From: Acinetobacter sp.
GTDB taxonomy: Bacteria; Pseudomonadota; Gammaproteobacteria; Pseudomonadales; Moraxellaceae
NCBI RefSeq assembly: GCF_049284435.1
Contig: NZ_JBAPXX010000043.1
Location: 470-64,469 of the forward strand
Length of the DNA stretch: 64,000 nucleotides
Direction: 5' to 3'
Shown here: positions 22,918 to 33,305 of the stretch, piece after piece
Layout: each line of letters opens with the position of its first letter
Position numbering within the stretch: the first letter of the stretch is position 1
Position numbers and translations under genes: made by a program
The notes under the pieces: generated by a model
Database searches by the model: none
Told to the model about the DNA's origin: nothing
Seen by the model: only the letters and a program-made list of their open reading frames with translations

Positions 22918-23634
22918 ATGTTTCAAGAGGGGAAAATCAAAACCTATAACGAAGATCGTGGTTTTGGTTTTATTCAGATCGAAGGGCAATCTAAAGATTT
23001 ATTTTTTCACGTCAAAGACTTTCCCAATAAAAATATTCCGCCAAGAATTGGGGAAAAATTAAAGTTTTTAATTGTGGAAGATAATGGAAAATTTAAGGCA
23101 GACCATATTGTTCGATTGGATATTAAAACAACAATTTCTGCTGTGCAAAATAATGATCTACATGGAGATATTGAAACCAAAGCTTCTCCACGTTATGAAA
23201 AGACAAAATCATCAACTACATCAAAAATAATCACAATATCAGGACTGGTGATTATTGTGATTCTTGCTGGTCTTGTTTATAACAAATACCAAAGCTACCA
23301 AGTTCAAAAACAGCAAAAGCTGGAAGAACTGGTGGTAGAGCAGCAACGAATTGTCGCTGAACAGCGAGCAGCGCAAGGTGATCTACCTATGCAAGGATTA
23401 TCGGAGCAGGGTAGGAAGAACCTAGAAAATCAAGGCACTGAGTTAAGAAGCCAACCCATTAATCCGAAAACTTCAGAAACGGCTTCGCCATCTGTATCTC
23501 AATTTAAATGCGATGGTCGAGAGCACTGTGGTCAGATGCGTTCTTATGAGGAAGCATTATTTTTTATTCGTAACTGTCCGAATACTAAAATGGATGGTGA
23601 CGGTGATGGGATACCATGTGAAAGTCAGTTTTGA
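22918..23634 (+). CDS. Cold-shock domain + TM + Excalibur Ca-binding domain protein
   Basis: RGFGFI/LFFH, central TM segment, C-terminal CDGREHC...C...MDGDGDGIPCE. Confidence 0.9.
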   Translation: MFQEGKIKTYNEDRGFGFIQIEGQSKDLFFHVKDFPNKNIPPRIGEKLKFLIVEDNGKFKADHIVRLDIKTTISAVQNNDLHGDIETKASPRYEKTKSSTTSKIITISGLVIIVILAGLVYNKYQSYQVQKQQKLEELVVEQQRIVAEQRAAQGDLPMQGLSEQGRKNLENQGTELRSQPINPKTSETASPSVSQFKCDGREHCGQMRSYEEALFFIRNCPNTKMDGDGDGIPCESQF

Positions 23635-23642
23635 TGAATCAT

Positions 23643-23667
23643 AAAAAAAGCACCTTAAGGTGCTTTT
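23643..23667. terminator. Bidirectional terminator
   Basis: AAAAAAAGCACC-TTAA-GGTGCTTTT between convergent genes. Confidence 0.8.
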
Positions 23668-23673
23668 AATATT

Positions 23674-24552
23674 TTAGCTTTCACAAAAATTCATAAAGGC
23701 TCTCAGACCTGGACCCTGATATTTCTGGCGATGTACCAGCATGAACAGAGGACGAGTCAGCGACCAGAATGGTGTATCCAAAATCACCAGTTGACCTTTT
23801 TCACGTAAAGGCTCAATCGCAAGTTTGGAAATACAGGACATACCGATTCCGCCCGCTACGATTTTTAAAATCGCTTCATTATGACCGAGTGTTAGACGGA
23901 TATTGGTATCCGGCACATCTTTTAAAATGGCATTGTCAAACACTTCACGGGTACCTGAACCTTCTTCACGCAAAATCCATTCTACAGATTTGAAATCTTC
24001 CGCGGTTAGTTTACGGTTTAATTGCGCAAGAGGATGATCCGGTGCACAGCATACGGCCAGCTCATCATCACGCCAATGGATACATTGTAGCTGTGGCAGA
24101 TGACAGGAACCTTCAATTAAGGCAAGATCCAGCTGGAACTGATTCACCGCTTCAATCATTTGGCGGGTATTACCGACTTGAAGCTGTAAATGTGCTTGCG
24201 GCTTGATTTTCAAGAAATCGGCCATCAGGTCAGGAATCAGGTAATCTGAGATCGTCAGGGTTGCGCCTAAACGTAAATCGATACTTTGAAGCTCACCTTT
24301 AGCGACTTGTTCAAAAGATTCACAACGACCTAAGATTTCCAGGGCTTGAGGGAGAAGAAAGCGCCCCAGGTCATTCAGCTGTAAACGTTTGCCTAGACGG
24401 TCAAATAGTGGAGCACCCAGACCATCTTCCAGATCTGCTAAAGCCATACTAGCCGCACTTTGTGTAAGCTTGACGGCATCGCTAGCCTTCGTTACGGTAC
24501 CCTCTTGTGCCACTGCTACAAAAACAGCCAATTGGCGTAAAGTCATGCGCAT
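23674..24552 (-). CDS. gigC: LysR-family regulator GigC (FinR/YeiE-like)
   Basis: LysR HTH (TLRQL...LTQSAAS), REEGSGTR; divergent from fpr, as finR-fpr is in Pseudomonas. Confidence 0.85.
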   Translation of the reverse strand: MRMTLRQLAVFVAVAQEGTVTKASDAVKLTQSAASMALADLEDGLGAPLFDRLGKRLQLNDLGRFLLPQALEILGRCESFEQVAKGELQSIDLRLGATLTISDYLIPDLMADFLKIKPQAHLQLQVGNTRQMIEAVNQFQLDLALIEGSCHLPQLQCIHWRDDELAVCCAPDHPLAQLNRKLTAEDFKSVEWILREEGSGTREVFDNAILKDVPDTNIRLTLGHNEAILKIVAGGIGMSCISKLAIEPLREKGQLVILDTPFWSLTRPLFMLVHRQKYQGPGLRAFMNFCES

Positions 24553-24637
24553 GAGTAGAGCCTTAACATTTAAAAAATATTAATAAATTATGTTGCCATG
24601 CTACCATGAGCACAGTCTTTCATGCCACGTTGAAATC

Positions 24638-25399
24638 ATGTCAATTGAAAAATTTACCCGAGAAAAAGTTTTATCTGTACACCGTTGGACCAATACATTA
24701 TTTAGTTTTACGATGACACGCCCGGCACATTTCAAATTCACTGCAGGGCAGTTTGCGCGTATTGGTTTACAAGTGGGGGATGAACTGGTGGTTCGTGCCT
24801 ATTCGGTGGTGTCATCTCCTTTTGATGAAACTCTGGAGTTTTTCTCGATTGTCGTTCCAGAAGGTAAATTTACCTCCAATTTACAGCACCTCAAAGTAGG
24901 GGATGAGCTGCATCTGGAAAAAATTCCTTATGGTTATCTGACTCTGGCACGTTATCAATTGCCTTTGCCTAAAGACCTATGGTTACTGGGTACCGGCACG
25001 GGTCTGGCACCGTTTATCTGCATGTTGCAAGACTTTGAAACCTGGAGCAAATACGAAAAAATCAATCTGGTTTATAGTGTGCACACCCGGGCAGAACTCG
25101 CTTATGTGGACCGGATTCAGGAAATCGCCGAGACCTTTGGCGAAGGGCATACCGGTTTTAAATTTATCCCGATTATTACCCGTGAGCCTGATGCACCTTT
25201 GCACGACCGTTTACCGATTTTGATTGCCAATGGTGAACTGGAAAAGGCAGCGGGTCTAACGCTTAATCCTGAAACAACGCATGTCATGCTTTGTGGTAAC
25301 CCGGATATGGTCGATGATACCAAAGAAGCTTTAAAAGCCCGTGGCCTGACCATGAACCGTCGTGGTGAAGGCAATATCGCGGTCGAGAATTACTGGTAA
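24638..25399 (+). CDS. fpr: Ferredoxin--NADP+ reductase
   Basis: RAYS, GTGLAPF, MLCGNP and C-terminal ENYW; start moved to MSIEKF. Confidence 0.95.
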   Translation: MSIEKFTREKVLSVHRWTNTLFSFTMTRPAHFKFTAGQFARIGLQVGDELVVRAYSVVSSPFDETLEFFSIVVPEGKFTSNLQHLKVGDELHLEKIPYGYLTLARYQLPLPKDLWLLGTGTGLAPFICMLQDFETWSKYEKINLVYSVHTRAELAYVDRIQEIAETFGEGHTGFKFIPIITREPDAPLHDRLPILIANGELEKAAGLTLNPETTHVMLCGNPDMVDDTKEALKARGLTMNRRGEGNIAVENYW

Positions 25400-25418
25400 G
25401 GCTGAATCGCTCCTCGTC

Positions 25419-25447
25419 AAAAGCTCATCCTGGGATGAGCTTTTTTG
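25419..25447. terminator. Bidirectional terminator
   Basis: AAAAGCTCATCC-TG-GGATGAGCTTTTTT. Confidence 0.8.
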
Positions 25448-25474
25448 TGAATGATCCTATTTAAGGACGATAGC

Positions 25475-26218
25475 TTAGTGCAGAATCTTGTTCAGGAATT
25501 GCTGGGCACGTTCACCACGCGGGGTATTGAAGAAGTCATCTTTAGTACAATCTTCCACAATTTTGCCCTGATCCATAAAGATGACCCGATTTGCTACCTG
25601 TCGGGCAAAGCCCATTTCATGGGTGACACACATCATGGTCATGCCTTCTTTGGCCAGCCCCACCATGACATCCAGTACTTCATTGATCATTTCAGGATCC
25701 AGAGCAGATGTCGGTTCATCAAATAACATGGCAACCGGATCCATACTCAATGCACGGGCAATGGCGACCCGTTGCTGTTGACCACCCGAGAGTTGTGCCG
25801 GATATTTATTGGCTTGCGCGCTTAAGCCGACACGATCCAGATAGGCGAGACCTTTCTGTTTGGCCTCAGTTTCAGAACGACCTAATACTTTGATTTGTGC
25901 AATGCTCAGGTTTTCCATAATGCTGAGATGCGGAAATAGCTCAAAATGCTGAAAGACCATGCCCACGCGGCTTCGTAGTTTATTTAAATTGGTTTTCGGA
26001 TCATTAATTTTAATCCCATCGACCAGAATATTTCCTTGCTGTACTGGCTCCAGTCCATTCACGGTTTTAATCAGGGTAGATTTTCCTGAGCCTGAAGGAC
26101 CGCATACCACGACCACTTCACCTTGCCGAATCTGCGTTGTGCAGTCGGTCAGTACCTGAAAATCCTTATACCATTTGCTGACATGCTGGAGGTCAATCAT
26201 GACTTTGGCTTCGCTCAT
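25475..26218 (-). CDS. gltL: Glu/Asp ABC transporter ATP-binding protein
   Basis: [25 protein letters not shown]. Confidence 0.9.
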   Translation of the reverse strand: MSEAKVMIDLQHVSKWYKDFQVLTDCTTQIRQGEVVVVCGPSGSGKSTLIKTVNGLEPVQQGNILVDGIKINDPKTNLNKLRSRVGMVFQHFELFPHLSIMENLSIAQIKVLGRSETEAKQKGLAYLDRVGLSAQANKYPAQLSGGQQQRVAIARALSMDPVAMLFDEPTSALDPEMINEVLDVMVGLAKEGMTMMCVTHEMGFARQVANRVIFMDQGKIVEDCTKDDFFNTPRGERAQQFLNKILH

Positions 26219-26898
26219 ACAGTTAACCTCTGTTGTAATTTTTTCACGATATAGGTAGCGATCATGCTGACGATGAAATACACCAAACCGGCAAAAATAA
26301 TATATTGAGTCAGTAAAGACATCAGGTCACCCCGGACATAATTGGTACGGAAAAAGTCCAGCAGGCCAATGGCATAGACCATGGTCGAGTCCTGAAACAG
26401 AATAATGGTCTGTTGTAATAACAGCGGTGTCATCTTACGAAAAGCCTGAGGCAGCACAATCAGCCGCATGGACTGACCATAACTCATGCCCAGTGCAGAG
26501 GCGGCATCGGTTTGTCCCTTGGGAATGGACTGAATCCCGGCACGGACAATTTCGGAAAAATAGGCCGCTTCAAACAGCATAAAGGCCACAATACTGGAGA
26601 CCAGTGCCGTATCCATGGTCAGGTAGTTTCCAGTTACCCCGGTATAGATAAAGGGCACAGCGAAATAGAACCACATCAGCACTAGTAACAGGGGAATGGA
26701 ACGAAACAGATTCACATAGCCTTTGGCAATCCAGTTCAATACCCGGATTGAAGACAGCCGCATCAAAGCAAGCAAGGTACCAATCAAAACTCCGCCAACG
26801 GTGGCAAAACATAGGACCTTTAAAGTGATACTGAAACCATGCCAGAGGGCCGGTGCCGATAACTGTAAATCCTGAAAAAATGCAGTGAGCCATTCCAT
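26215..26898 (-). CDS. gltK: Glu/Asp ABC transporter permease
   Basis: [25 protein letters not shown]. Confidence 0.88.
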   Translation of the reverse strand: MEWLTAFFQDLQLSAPALWHGFSITLKVLCFATVGGVLIGTLLALMRLSSIRVLNWIAKGYVNLFRSIPLLLVLMWFYFAVPFIYTGVTGNYLTMDTALVSSIVAFMLFEAAYFSEIVRAGIQSIPKGQTDAASALGMSYGQSMRLIVLPQAFRKMTPLLLQQTIILFQDSTMVYAIGLLDFFRTNYVRGDLMSLLTQYIIFAGLVYFIVSMIATYIVKKLQQRLTV

Positions 26899-27641
26899 TA
26901 TTTCGCTCCTGCAATCAGACCAGGCACCTGAAAGCGCTTTTCTAGGAAGTTCATTAAGCCTATTAAGCAGACATTAATCAGGATAAAAATTAGGGTGACG
27001 TAGGTATAAATCTCGATGGTATTTTGGGTATATTCACTGATGGTTTTCATCTGTGAAATGATTTCTGCAACCCCGACCAATGAAGCCACCGAGGTATTCT
27101 TGACGCAGTTGGTCAGTTCCGAACTAAGCGGTGGCAAGATCATACGAAACGACTGCGGTAAAATCACATAGCGGTATAATTGTGTGGTACTAAAACCCAT
27201 GGCATAGCCCGCATTGACCTGCCCGGGTGGGATGGCTTCAATCCCGGTACGCACCTGTTCACAGACCCGCGCTGCAGTAAATAGTCCCAAGCCGATACTG
27301 GCGGAAATCAGCGCCGTAGTGTTGGCTCCCAAATCATTGATCCACCAGTTGTGAATGCTGTCCGGTAGAAAGTCGGGCACCACATAAAACCAGATAAATA
27401 ACTGGATGAGTAAAGGTATATTACGGAAAATGGTGACGTAAGTAGTCCCAATTGCTCGAGCCGTAGGACTAGGTAAAGTCCGCAAGATGCCCAGAAGACT
27501 ACCCAGGAGCATGGCAATCGACCAGGCCACAATCGCAATCACGGCCAACCAGCCGATGCCGGTCATGATCCAGTTGAGATAGGTGCTATCGCCAATCCCG
27601 GTTGGTTGTGATAAGACACCCCAATTCCAGCTGTAATTCAT
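26898..27641 (-). CDS. gltJ: Glu/Asp ABC transporter permease
   Basis: Start moved to MNYSWNW after GGAG; FRNIPLL, ARVCEQVRTG. Confidence 0.88.
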   Translation of the reverse strand: MNYSWNWGVLSQPTGIGDSTYLNWIMTGIGWLAVIAIVAWSIAMLLGSLLGILRTLPSPTARAIGTTYVTIFRNIPLLIQLFIWFYVVPDFLPDSIHNWWINDLGANTTALISASIGLGLFTAARVCEQVRTGIEAIPPGQVNAGYAMGFSTTQLYRYVILPQSFRMILPPLSSELTNCVKNTSVASLVGVAEIISQMKTISEYTQNTIEIYTYVTLIFILINVCLIGLMNFLEKRFQVPGLIAGAK

Positions 27642-27703
27642 CGCAACTCCAACAAATATGCTCAGGCAGATCATGTCCAAGCAAGGTGGATAAGATTCAG
27701 AAC

Positions 27704-28636
27704 TTATTGATCACGGTCATGCGGGTTACTAATCAAGCCTTTTAAGTCATCTGACATGGCAAAGTTCAGGTTGATATTTTTCGGTGGAATGGGCGACTGG
27801 AACCATTTTTTATACATATTGTTGATTTCACCAGAGCTATACGTGGCTTTAATCGCATCATCGACCACCTGCTTAAATTCGGTGTCGCCTTTACGCAGCA
27901 TACAGCCGTAAATTTCATTGATTGGCGCGGTCCCGACAATCTGCCATTGCTCCGGATTTTTAGCTTTGGATTTTTCTCCGGCCAGCAGAATATCATCCAT
28001 CATAAAGGCGGCGGCACGGCCACTTTGTAGCATTAAAAAAGATTCTGCATGATCTTTGGCGGAAATGATTTCACCAATGCCCAATTCTTTTTCATGCTGA
28101 CGGATGTAACGTTCCGATGTGGTGCCGGCCGTGGTCACCAGCTTTTTGCCTTTTAGGTCGCTAAAGTCCTTAATCCCAGAATTGGTCGCGGTTAACAGGC
28201 GGGAACCGACTTCAAAGAAGCCGACTGAAAAAGCGACCTGTTGCTGACGTTCCTTATTGTTAGTCGTCGAGCCACATTCCAGATCGACTGTGCCGTTGGA
28301 GACTAAAGGAATCCGGTTCTGGCTGGTCACCAGGTTATAACGGATTTTCAAGTCAGGAAGATTCAGCTTCTGTTTGACGGCCTCGACCACTTTCAGTTGC
28401 AGGTCATGCGCATAGCCAACCGGCTGATTCGGGTTGTCGGCAATATAGGAAAATGGAATCGAGGAGTCGCGATAACCTAGAACAATGGTGCCGGACTGTT
28501 TGATTTTATTCAGTGTGCCGGAAGCATTCTCGCCACTTTGCTGATTATTTGGCGCCTGATTATCACTACAGGCACTCAGTCCCAAGGTCAGGGCGCTGGC
28601 ACACAGCAGCGTGGCGAACTGATATTTTGATTTCAT
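27704..28636 (-). CDS. gltI: Glu/Asp ABC transporter substrate-binding lipoprotein
   Basis: Lipobox LSAC; RDSSIPFSY, SQNRIPL, ECGSTTNN, MMDD. Confidence 0.9.
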   Translation of the reverse strand: MKSKYQFATLLCASALTLGLSACSDNQAPNNQQSGENASGTLNKIKQSGTIVLGYRDSSIPFSYIADNPNQPVGYAHDLQLKVVEAVKQKLNLPDLKIRYNLVTSQNRIPLVSNGTVDLECGSTTNNKERQQQVAFSVGFFEVGSRLLTATNSGIKDFSDLKGKKLVTTAGTTSERYIRQHEKELGIGEIISAKDHAESFLMLQSGRAAAFMMDDILLAGEKSKAKNPEQWQIVGTAPINEIYGCMLRKGDTEFKQVVDDAIKATYSSGEINNMYKKWFQSPIPPKNINLNFAMSDDLKGLISNPHDRDQ

Positions 28637-28878
28637 CGTAAAACTCCATTTTTCAATTATTATGCTTGAGCCGGTTTCTAGTGCTGAGACGGTATTGGGA
28701 TTATTGCTATAAAGTCTAAGTGCTCGTTTATATTCATCTTAGGTGATAAATCCAGCATGACTCAAGCTGAATTTATTGCTGAAATGTTACTGAATCAGCA
28801 AAGAAAATCTGCTGATAAATGGCTTCATACAAATAGATAAAGGGATTAAGCTAAAAAGATGAAAAAAGAATAAGCTAT

Positions 28879-28906
28879 AAAAAAACCTCCATTGCGGAGG
28901 TTTTTT
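28879..28906 (-). terminator. Intrinsic terminator
   Basis: AAAAAACCTCC-ATTGC-GGAGGTTTTTT. Confidence 0.8.
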
Positions 28907-28916
28907 CGATTCAAGC

Positions 28917-29339
28917 TTAATGCACAAACATATCCATGGATTCACGGATTTCCTGAATGGCTGTTTCGACGTCGGGGCTGAGCCAGGTCGGTTCAAAGAA
29001 TCCGGCATAGTGCTCAATACGGTCTGCAGGCACCACCAGGCGAACCGGACAGTCTTCTTCCAATAAGCGCCATGGAATAATCGGCACTTCATTATCCAGC
29101 CATGCCGTTACATCTCGAATATCGATAATCATCGCATTGACACAGTCCGGAAAAGGCATCACGGAAAATTCTTCGGTACGACGACGGAAATATTCCAGAT
29201 CTTGCCAGCGAAGCAGGAAGCTTGGCTTGCTAAATTCAATAATTCCAATCAGATGCTGATCACGGCTGTAGTGCAGCGTACATTGATGTGTGACGTCAGT
29301 ATCAAGATCAAGCGATACACTTTGTTGACGATACGCCAT
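28917..29339 (-). CDS. Hypothetical protein, possibly STAS/SpoIIAA-like fold
   Basis: 140-aa ORF with its own terminator; MIIDIRDV...LD and SPDVETAI segments are reminiscent of STAS domains. Confidence 0.75.
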   Translation of the reverse strand: MAYRQQSVSLDLDTDVTHQCTLHYSRDQHLIGIIEFSKPSFLLRWQDLEYFRRRTEEFSVMPFPDCVNAMIIDIRDVTAWLDNEVPIIPWRLLEEDCPVRLVVPADRIEHYAGFFEPTWLSPDVETAIQEIRESMDMFVH

Positions 29340-29434
29340 ATAACTCGGGTGTATAAATGAGAAGGTGGATAATTATAACGCATTTCATCGCTGAAAGGCA
29401 GCGTCTCAACCGTCTTCACTAAAGCCTGCGGAAC

Positions 29435-29450
29435 TGGTATGGCTTATGCA
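29435..29450 (+). promoter_or_regulatory. Sigma54 (-24/-12) promoter of eat-eutBC
   Basis: TGGTATGGCTTATGCA has exact GG-N10-GC spacing and lies 39 nt before the eat start codon. Confidence 0.7.
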
Positions 29451-29488
29451 TATCTTCAGGAAACAACGATAAAAACAACGAGGTTGCT

Positions 29489-30931
29489 ATGTCAGAGTCA
29501 AAAAGTGTGATTGATACCAGTGTGACTGAAACAGCAGTACAAGAAGATTATTTTGCCTTGCGCCAGCTCAAGAAAGGCGCCTTAGGTTGGCTGCTTCTCG
29601 TCGGTCTGGGGGTGGCTTATGTGATTTCCGGTGACTTCGCCGGTTGGAATTTCGGTCTGGCACAGGCGGGTTGGGGAGGCATGTTTATTGCGACCATTGT
29701 AGTGGCATTTATGTATCTGTGTATGTGCTTGGCCATGTCCGAAATGTCGACCATGCTGCCGACTGCGGGTGGGGGTTACAGTTTTGCCCGGACTGCTTTT
29801 GGTCCCTTTGGCGGTTATCTGACCGGGAGTGCCATCCTGATTGAGTATGCCATCGCACCAGCGGCGATTGCCTGTTTCATTGGGGCCTATTGTGAGGCCT
29901 TGTTTGGTATTGGTGGCTGGATCATTTATCTGGTGAGCTATCTGGTCTTTATGGGCTTGCATCTGAAAGGTGCCGGTGAGGCACTCAAAATCATGTTCGT
30001 CATTACCGCAATTGCTGCGGTTGCCTTGATGGTGTTCATCTTTGGCATGTTGCCTCATTTTAATAGTGCAAACCTGTTTGATATTGCAGTCAGTACGGAA
30101 GCGGCGGGTGCAAGCAGTTTCCTGCCATTGGGTTATCTGGGAATTTGGGCAGCAGTACCTTATGCGATCTGGTTTTTTCTGGCAGTTGAAGGTGTCCCGC
30201 TGGCAGCCGAGGAGGCCAAAGAGCCAGCCAAATCCTTGCCACGTGGCCTGATTGGTTCCATGCTGATTCTGGCATTTTTTGCCCTGAGTATCTTGTTGCT
30301 CGGTCCTGGGGCAGCAGGTGCAAATACACTTAAAGATTCTGGTGCACCGCTGGTGGATGCCTTGGTGGCGGTCTATGGTGCCAATACCTGGATGGCGAGT
30401 TTTGTGAATTTTGTCGGGCTGGCAGGTCTGATTGCCAGTTTCTTCTCGATTATTTATGCCTATTCCCGTCAAATTTTTGCCCTCTCACGTGCCGGCTATT
30501 TACCGAAAAAACTGTCCTTGACCAACAGCAATCATGCACCTTATTTGGCCATCATTATTCCCGGGATTATTGGCTTCCTGCTGTCCCTTTCAGGTGAAGG
30601 TGATCTGCTGATTCTGATGGCGGTCTTTGGTGCCACTATTTCCTATGTTTTGATGATGATGTCTTATATCAAACTGAAACTGTCTCGACCGAATCTGGTA
30701 CGTCCTTATCAGGCACCGGGCGGCATTGTCACGGCATCTATTGCTTTAGTGCTTGCAGCCATTGCAGTGGTGGCAGGCTTCTTGGTCGATCCAAAAGTCT
30801 GGTTAATGGCAGCTGCCATTTACGTGGCACTGATTCTCTATTTCCTGCTGTATAGCCGTCATCATCTGGTGGCCGGTACGCCAGAAGAAGAATTTGCCCG
30901 TATTGAAGCGGCAGAAAAGGAATTGAAATAA
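29489..30931 (+). CDS. eat: Ethanolamine permease
   Basis: APC transporter with YVISGDFAGWNFG; directly upstream of eutBC. Confidence 0.93.
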   Translation: MSESKSVIDTSVTETAVQEDYFALRQLKKGALGWLLLVGLGVAYVISGDFAGWNFGLAQAGWGGMFIATIVVAFMYLCMCLAMSEMSTMLPTAGGGYSFARTAFGPFGGYLTGSAILIEYAIAPAAIACFIGAYCEALFGIGGWIIYLVSYLVFMGLHLKGAGEALKIMFVITAIAAVALMVFIFGMLPHFNSANLFDIAVSTEAAGASSFLPLGYLGIWAAVPYAIWFFLAVEGVPLAAEEAKEPAKSLPRGLIGSMLILAFFALSILLLGPGAAGANTLKDSGAPLVDALVAVYGANTWMASFVNFVGLAGLIASFFSIIYAYSRQIFALSRAGYLPKKLSLTNSNHAPYLAIIIPGIIGFLLSLSGEGDLLILMAVFGATISYVLMMMSYIKLKLSRPNLVRPYQAPGGIVTASIALVLAAIAVVAGFLVDPKVWLMAAAIYVALILYFLLYSRHHLVAGTPEEEFARIEAAEKELK

Positions 30932-30956
30932 ACCATCTTGCAGGGAGAACACGCTT

Positions 30957-32342
30957 ATGTTGTATCAGATCAATGTGGCCAGTCAGCATTATGTCTTTGA
31001 GGATTTAAAAACCCTGCTGGCCAAGGCCACTCCTGAACGTTCTGGCGATCAGCTGGCAGGGATTGCGGCCCATGATGCAACCGAGCGGGTCGCTGCACAA
31101 ATGTGTCTGGCAGAGGTGCCGTTACAACAATTTTTGCATGAAGCTGTAACTCCCTATGAGGTGGATGAAATCACCCGTCTGATCATGGATGAACATGATG
31201 CTGATGCCTTTTATCCGATCTCGCATTTTACTGTCGGAGATTTCCGTAACTGGCTACTCAGTGCAGATGCCACCACAGAAAAACTTGCTGCTTTAAAAAT
31301 GGGCTTGATTCCGGAAATGGTGGCAGCTGTCAGCAAAATCATGCGCAATCAGGATCTGATTCTGGTGGCGAAAAAATGCCGCGTGGTGACGCGGTTTAGA
31401 AATACCATTGGGCTGGAAGGACATCTTTCTACCCGCTTGCAGCCGAACCATCCGACTGATGATCTGATGGGCATTTCTGCATCCATTCTGGATGGACTGA
31501 TGTACGGCAATGGTGATGCGGTCATCGGGATTAATCCGGCCACAGATAATCTGCAGAACCTGACTGAACTGCTCAAACTGCTTGATCACGTTATTCAGGA
31601 ATATGAGATACCGACTCAATCTTGTGTTTTGACCCATATTACTTCCGGCATTCAGCTGGCAAATAAAAATGTTCCGATTGATCTGATGTTTCAGTCTATT
31701 GCGGGAACCGAAAAAGCCAATACTGGTTTCGGCATCAATCTGGCGCTGTTACAGGAAGGTTATGAGGCGACCTTAAGTCTGCAACGCGGCACCGTGGGCC
31801 AAAACGTGATGTATTTTGAAACCGGACAGGGCAGTGCCTTATCCAGCAATGGCCATCATGGCGTGGATCAACAGACCCTGGAAGCGCGTGCCTACGCCGT
31901 GGCGCGTAAGTTTAATCCCTTGCTGGTCAATACTGTAGTCGGCTTTATCGGGCCGGAATATCTGTATAACGGCAAGCAGATTATCCGGGCCGGGCTGGAA
32001 GATCATTTCTGTGGCAAGTTGCTCGGTGTGCCAATGGGCTGTGATATTTGCTACACCAATCATGCCGATGCCGATCAGGATGATATGGATGTACTACTGA
32101 CCTTGCTTGCCAATGCCGGACTGAATTTTATCATGGGTATTCCCGGTTCAGATGATGTGATGCTGAATTATCAGACGACATCCTTTCATGATGCTCTCTA
32201 CATCCGGCAGTTACTGGGATTAAAACCGGCACCCGAATTTGACCACTGGTTGGAGCAGCAGGGAATTTTGGCGCAACAGTCCAATCAGCTGCACTGGCCG
32301 ACCGAGCTACCAAAGCAATTTTCACGTCTGATCTTGTCTTGA
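30957..32342 (+). CDS. eutB: Ethanolamine ammonia-lyase large subunit
   Basis: RLQPNHPTDD, GDAVIGINP, MYFETGQGS, DICYTNH. Confidence 0.97.
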   Translation: MLYQINVASQHYVFEDLKTLLAKATPERSGDQLAGIAAHDATERVAAQMCLAEVPLQQFLHEAVTPYEVDEITRLIMDEHDADAFYPISHFTVGDFRNWLLSADATTEKLAALKMGLIPEMVAAVSKIMRNQDLILVAKKCRVVTRFRNTIGLEGHLSTRLQPNHPTDDLMGISASILDGLMYGNGDAVIGINPATDNLQNLTELLKLLDHVIQEYEIPTQSCVLTHITSGIQLANKNVPIDLMFQSIAGTEKANTGFGINLALLQEGYEATLSLQRGTVGQNVMYFETGQGSALSSNGHHGVDQQTLEARAYAVARKFNPLLVNTVVGFIGPEYLYNGKQIIRAGLEDHFCGKLLGVPMGCDICYTNHADADQDDMDVLLTLLANAGLNFIMGIPGSDDVMLNYQTTSFHDALYIRQLLGLKPAPEFDHWLEQQGILAQQSNQLHWPTELPKQFSRLILS

Positions 32343-32351
32343 GGAAGTACT

Positions 32352-33167
32352 ATGAAACTGATTGCCAATGTGAAATTTGAGTCCCAATTAAAGGATAATC
32401 CCTGGCAGAAATTGAAAGCTTTTACTGATGCACGGATTGCCTTAGGCCGAACTGGGGGCAGCTTGCCGACTCGACCAAGTCTGGAATTTCAACTGGCGCA
32501 TGCTCAGGCCAAAGATGCGGTACTGAAGCTACTCGATGTTGACTCCTTAAAAGCTGGCTTAACTAAAAGTGGACTGCCCGTTCTGGAAATTGACAGCCAA
32601 GCTTTGGAAAATGATCTTTATCTGAAGCGTCCTGATCTGGGACGGGTTCTTTCAGAGCAGTCCAAAACCGTGTTGCAGCAATACCGAACCGAACATCAGC
32701 AACCTTTGGATGTGGTCATTATTTTAGGAGATGGGCTGTCGGCACGTGCCATTGAGGAAAATGCACCTTATTTTGTTCCAGCCTTGATAGATGCTTGCAA
32801 AGAGGAAGGCTGGCAGATTGCCCCCTTAGTGATTGCCCGTGGCAGTCGTGTAGCACTGGGCGATGAAGTGGCAGAAATTTTACAGGCTAAAATGCTGGTC
32901 ATGCTGATTGGCGAGCGGCCGGGTTTGAGCTCACCGGACAGTATGGGAATTTACTACACTTATAATGCTTTTAAAGGCTGTCATGATGCCTTGCGTAACT
33001 GTATTTCCAATGTCCGTCCTGCGGGCTTGGCCTATCCAATTGCCATCCAGCGACTGATGGCATTGATGCATAAATCCTGCGAGTTACAGCTTTCAGGGGT
33101 GCAGTTGAAAGATGAACACCAAACCCCAGTTGACATGCAACATAGCCCGGCCAAACGGCTATTTTAA
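32352..33167 (+). CDS. eutC: Ethanolamine ammonia-lyase small subunit
   Basis: YLKRPDLGR, DGLS, IGERPGL, RNCISN. Confidence 0.97.
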   Translation: MKLIANVKFESQLKDNPWQKLKAFTDARIALGRTGGSLPTRPSLEFQLAHAQAKDAVLKLLDVDSLKAGLTKSGLPVLEIDSQALENDLYLKRPDLGRVLSEQSKTVLQQYRTEHQQPLDVVIILGDGLSARAIEENAPYFVPALIDACKEEGWQIAPLVIARGSRVALGDEVAEILQAKMLVMLIGERPGLSSPDSMGIYYTYNAFKGCHDALRNCISNVRPAGLAYPIAIQRLMALMHKSCELQLSGVQLKDEHQTPVDMQHSPAKRLF

Positions 33168-33305
33168 AGCAGCATCCAGCAGAGAATTCTGATGGATTAG
33201 TGACTTACATCCCGTCACCATCTCACCATGTTTTGTCACAGAAGCCCTATTCACAGCTTGTTATTCTAAAAATCTACTTATGAATAACAAAGAGTGAGGA
33301 TGGTT

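Noticed and set aside
29582..30472. 296-aa antisense ORF inside eat
   Set aside because: It lies entirely antisense to a well-supported membrane-protein gene and has no recognisable motifs; long antisense frames are common opposite such genes.
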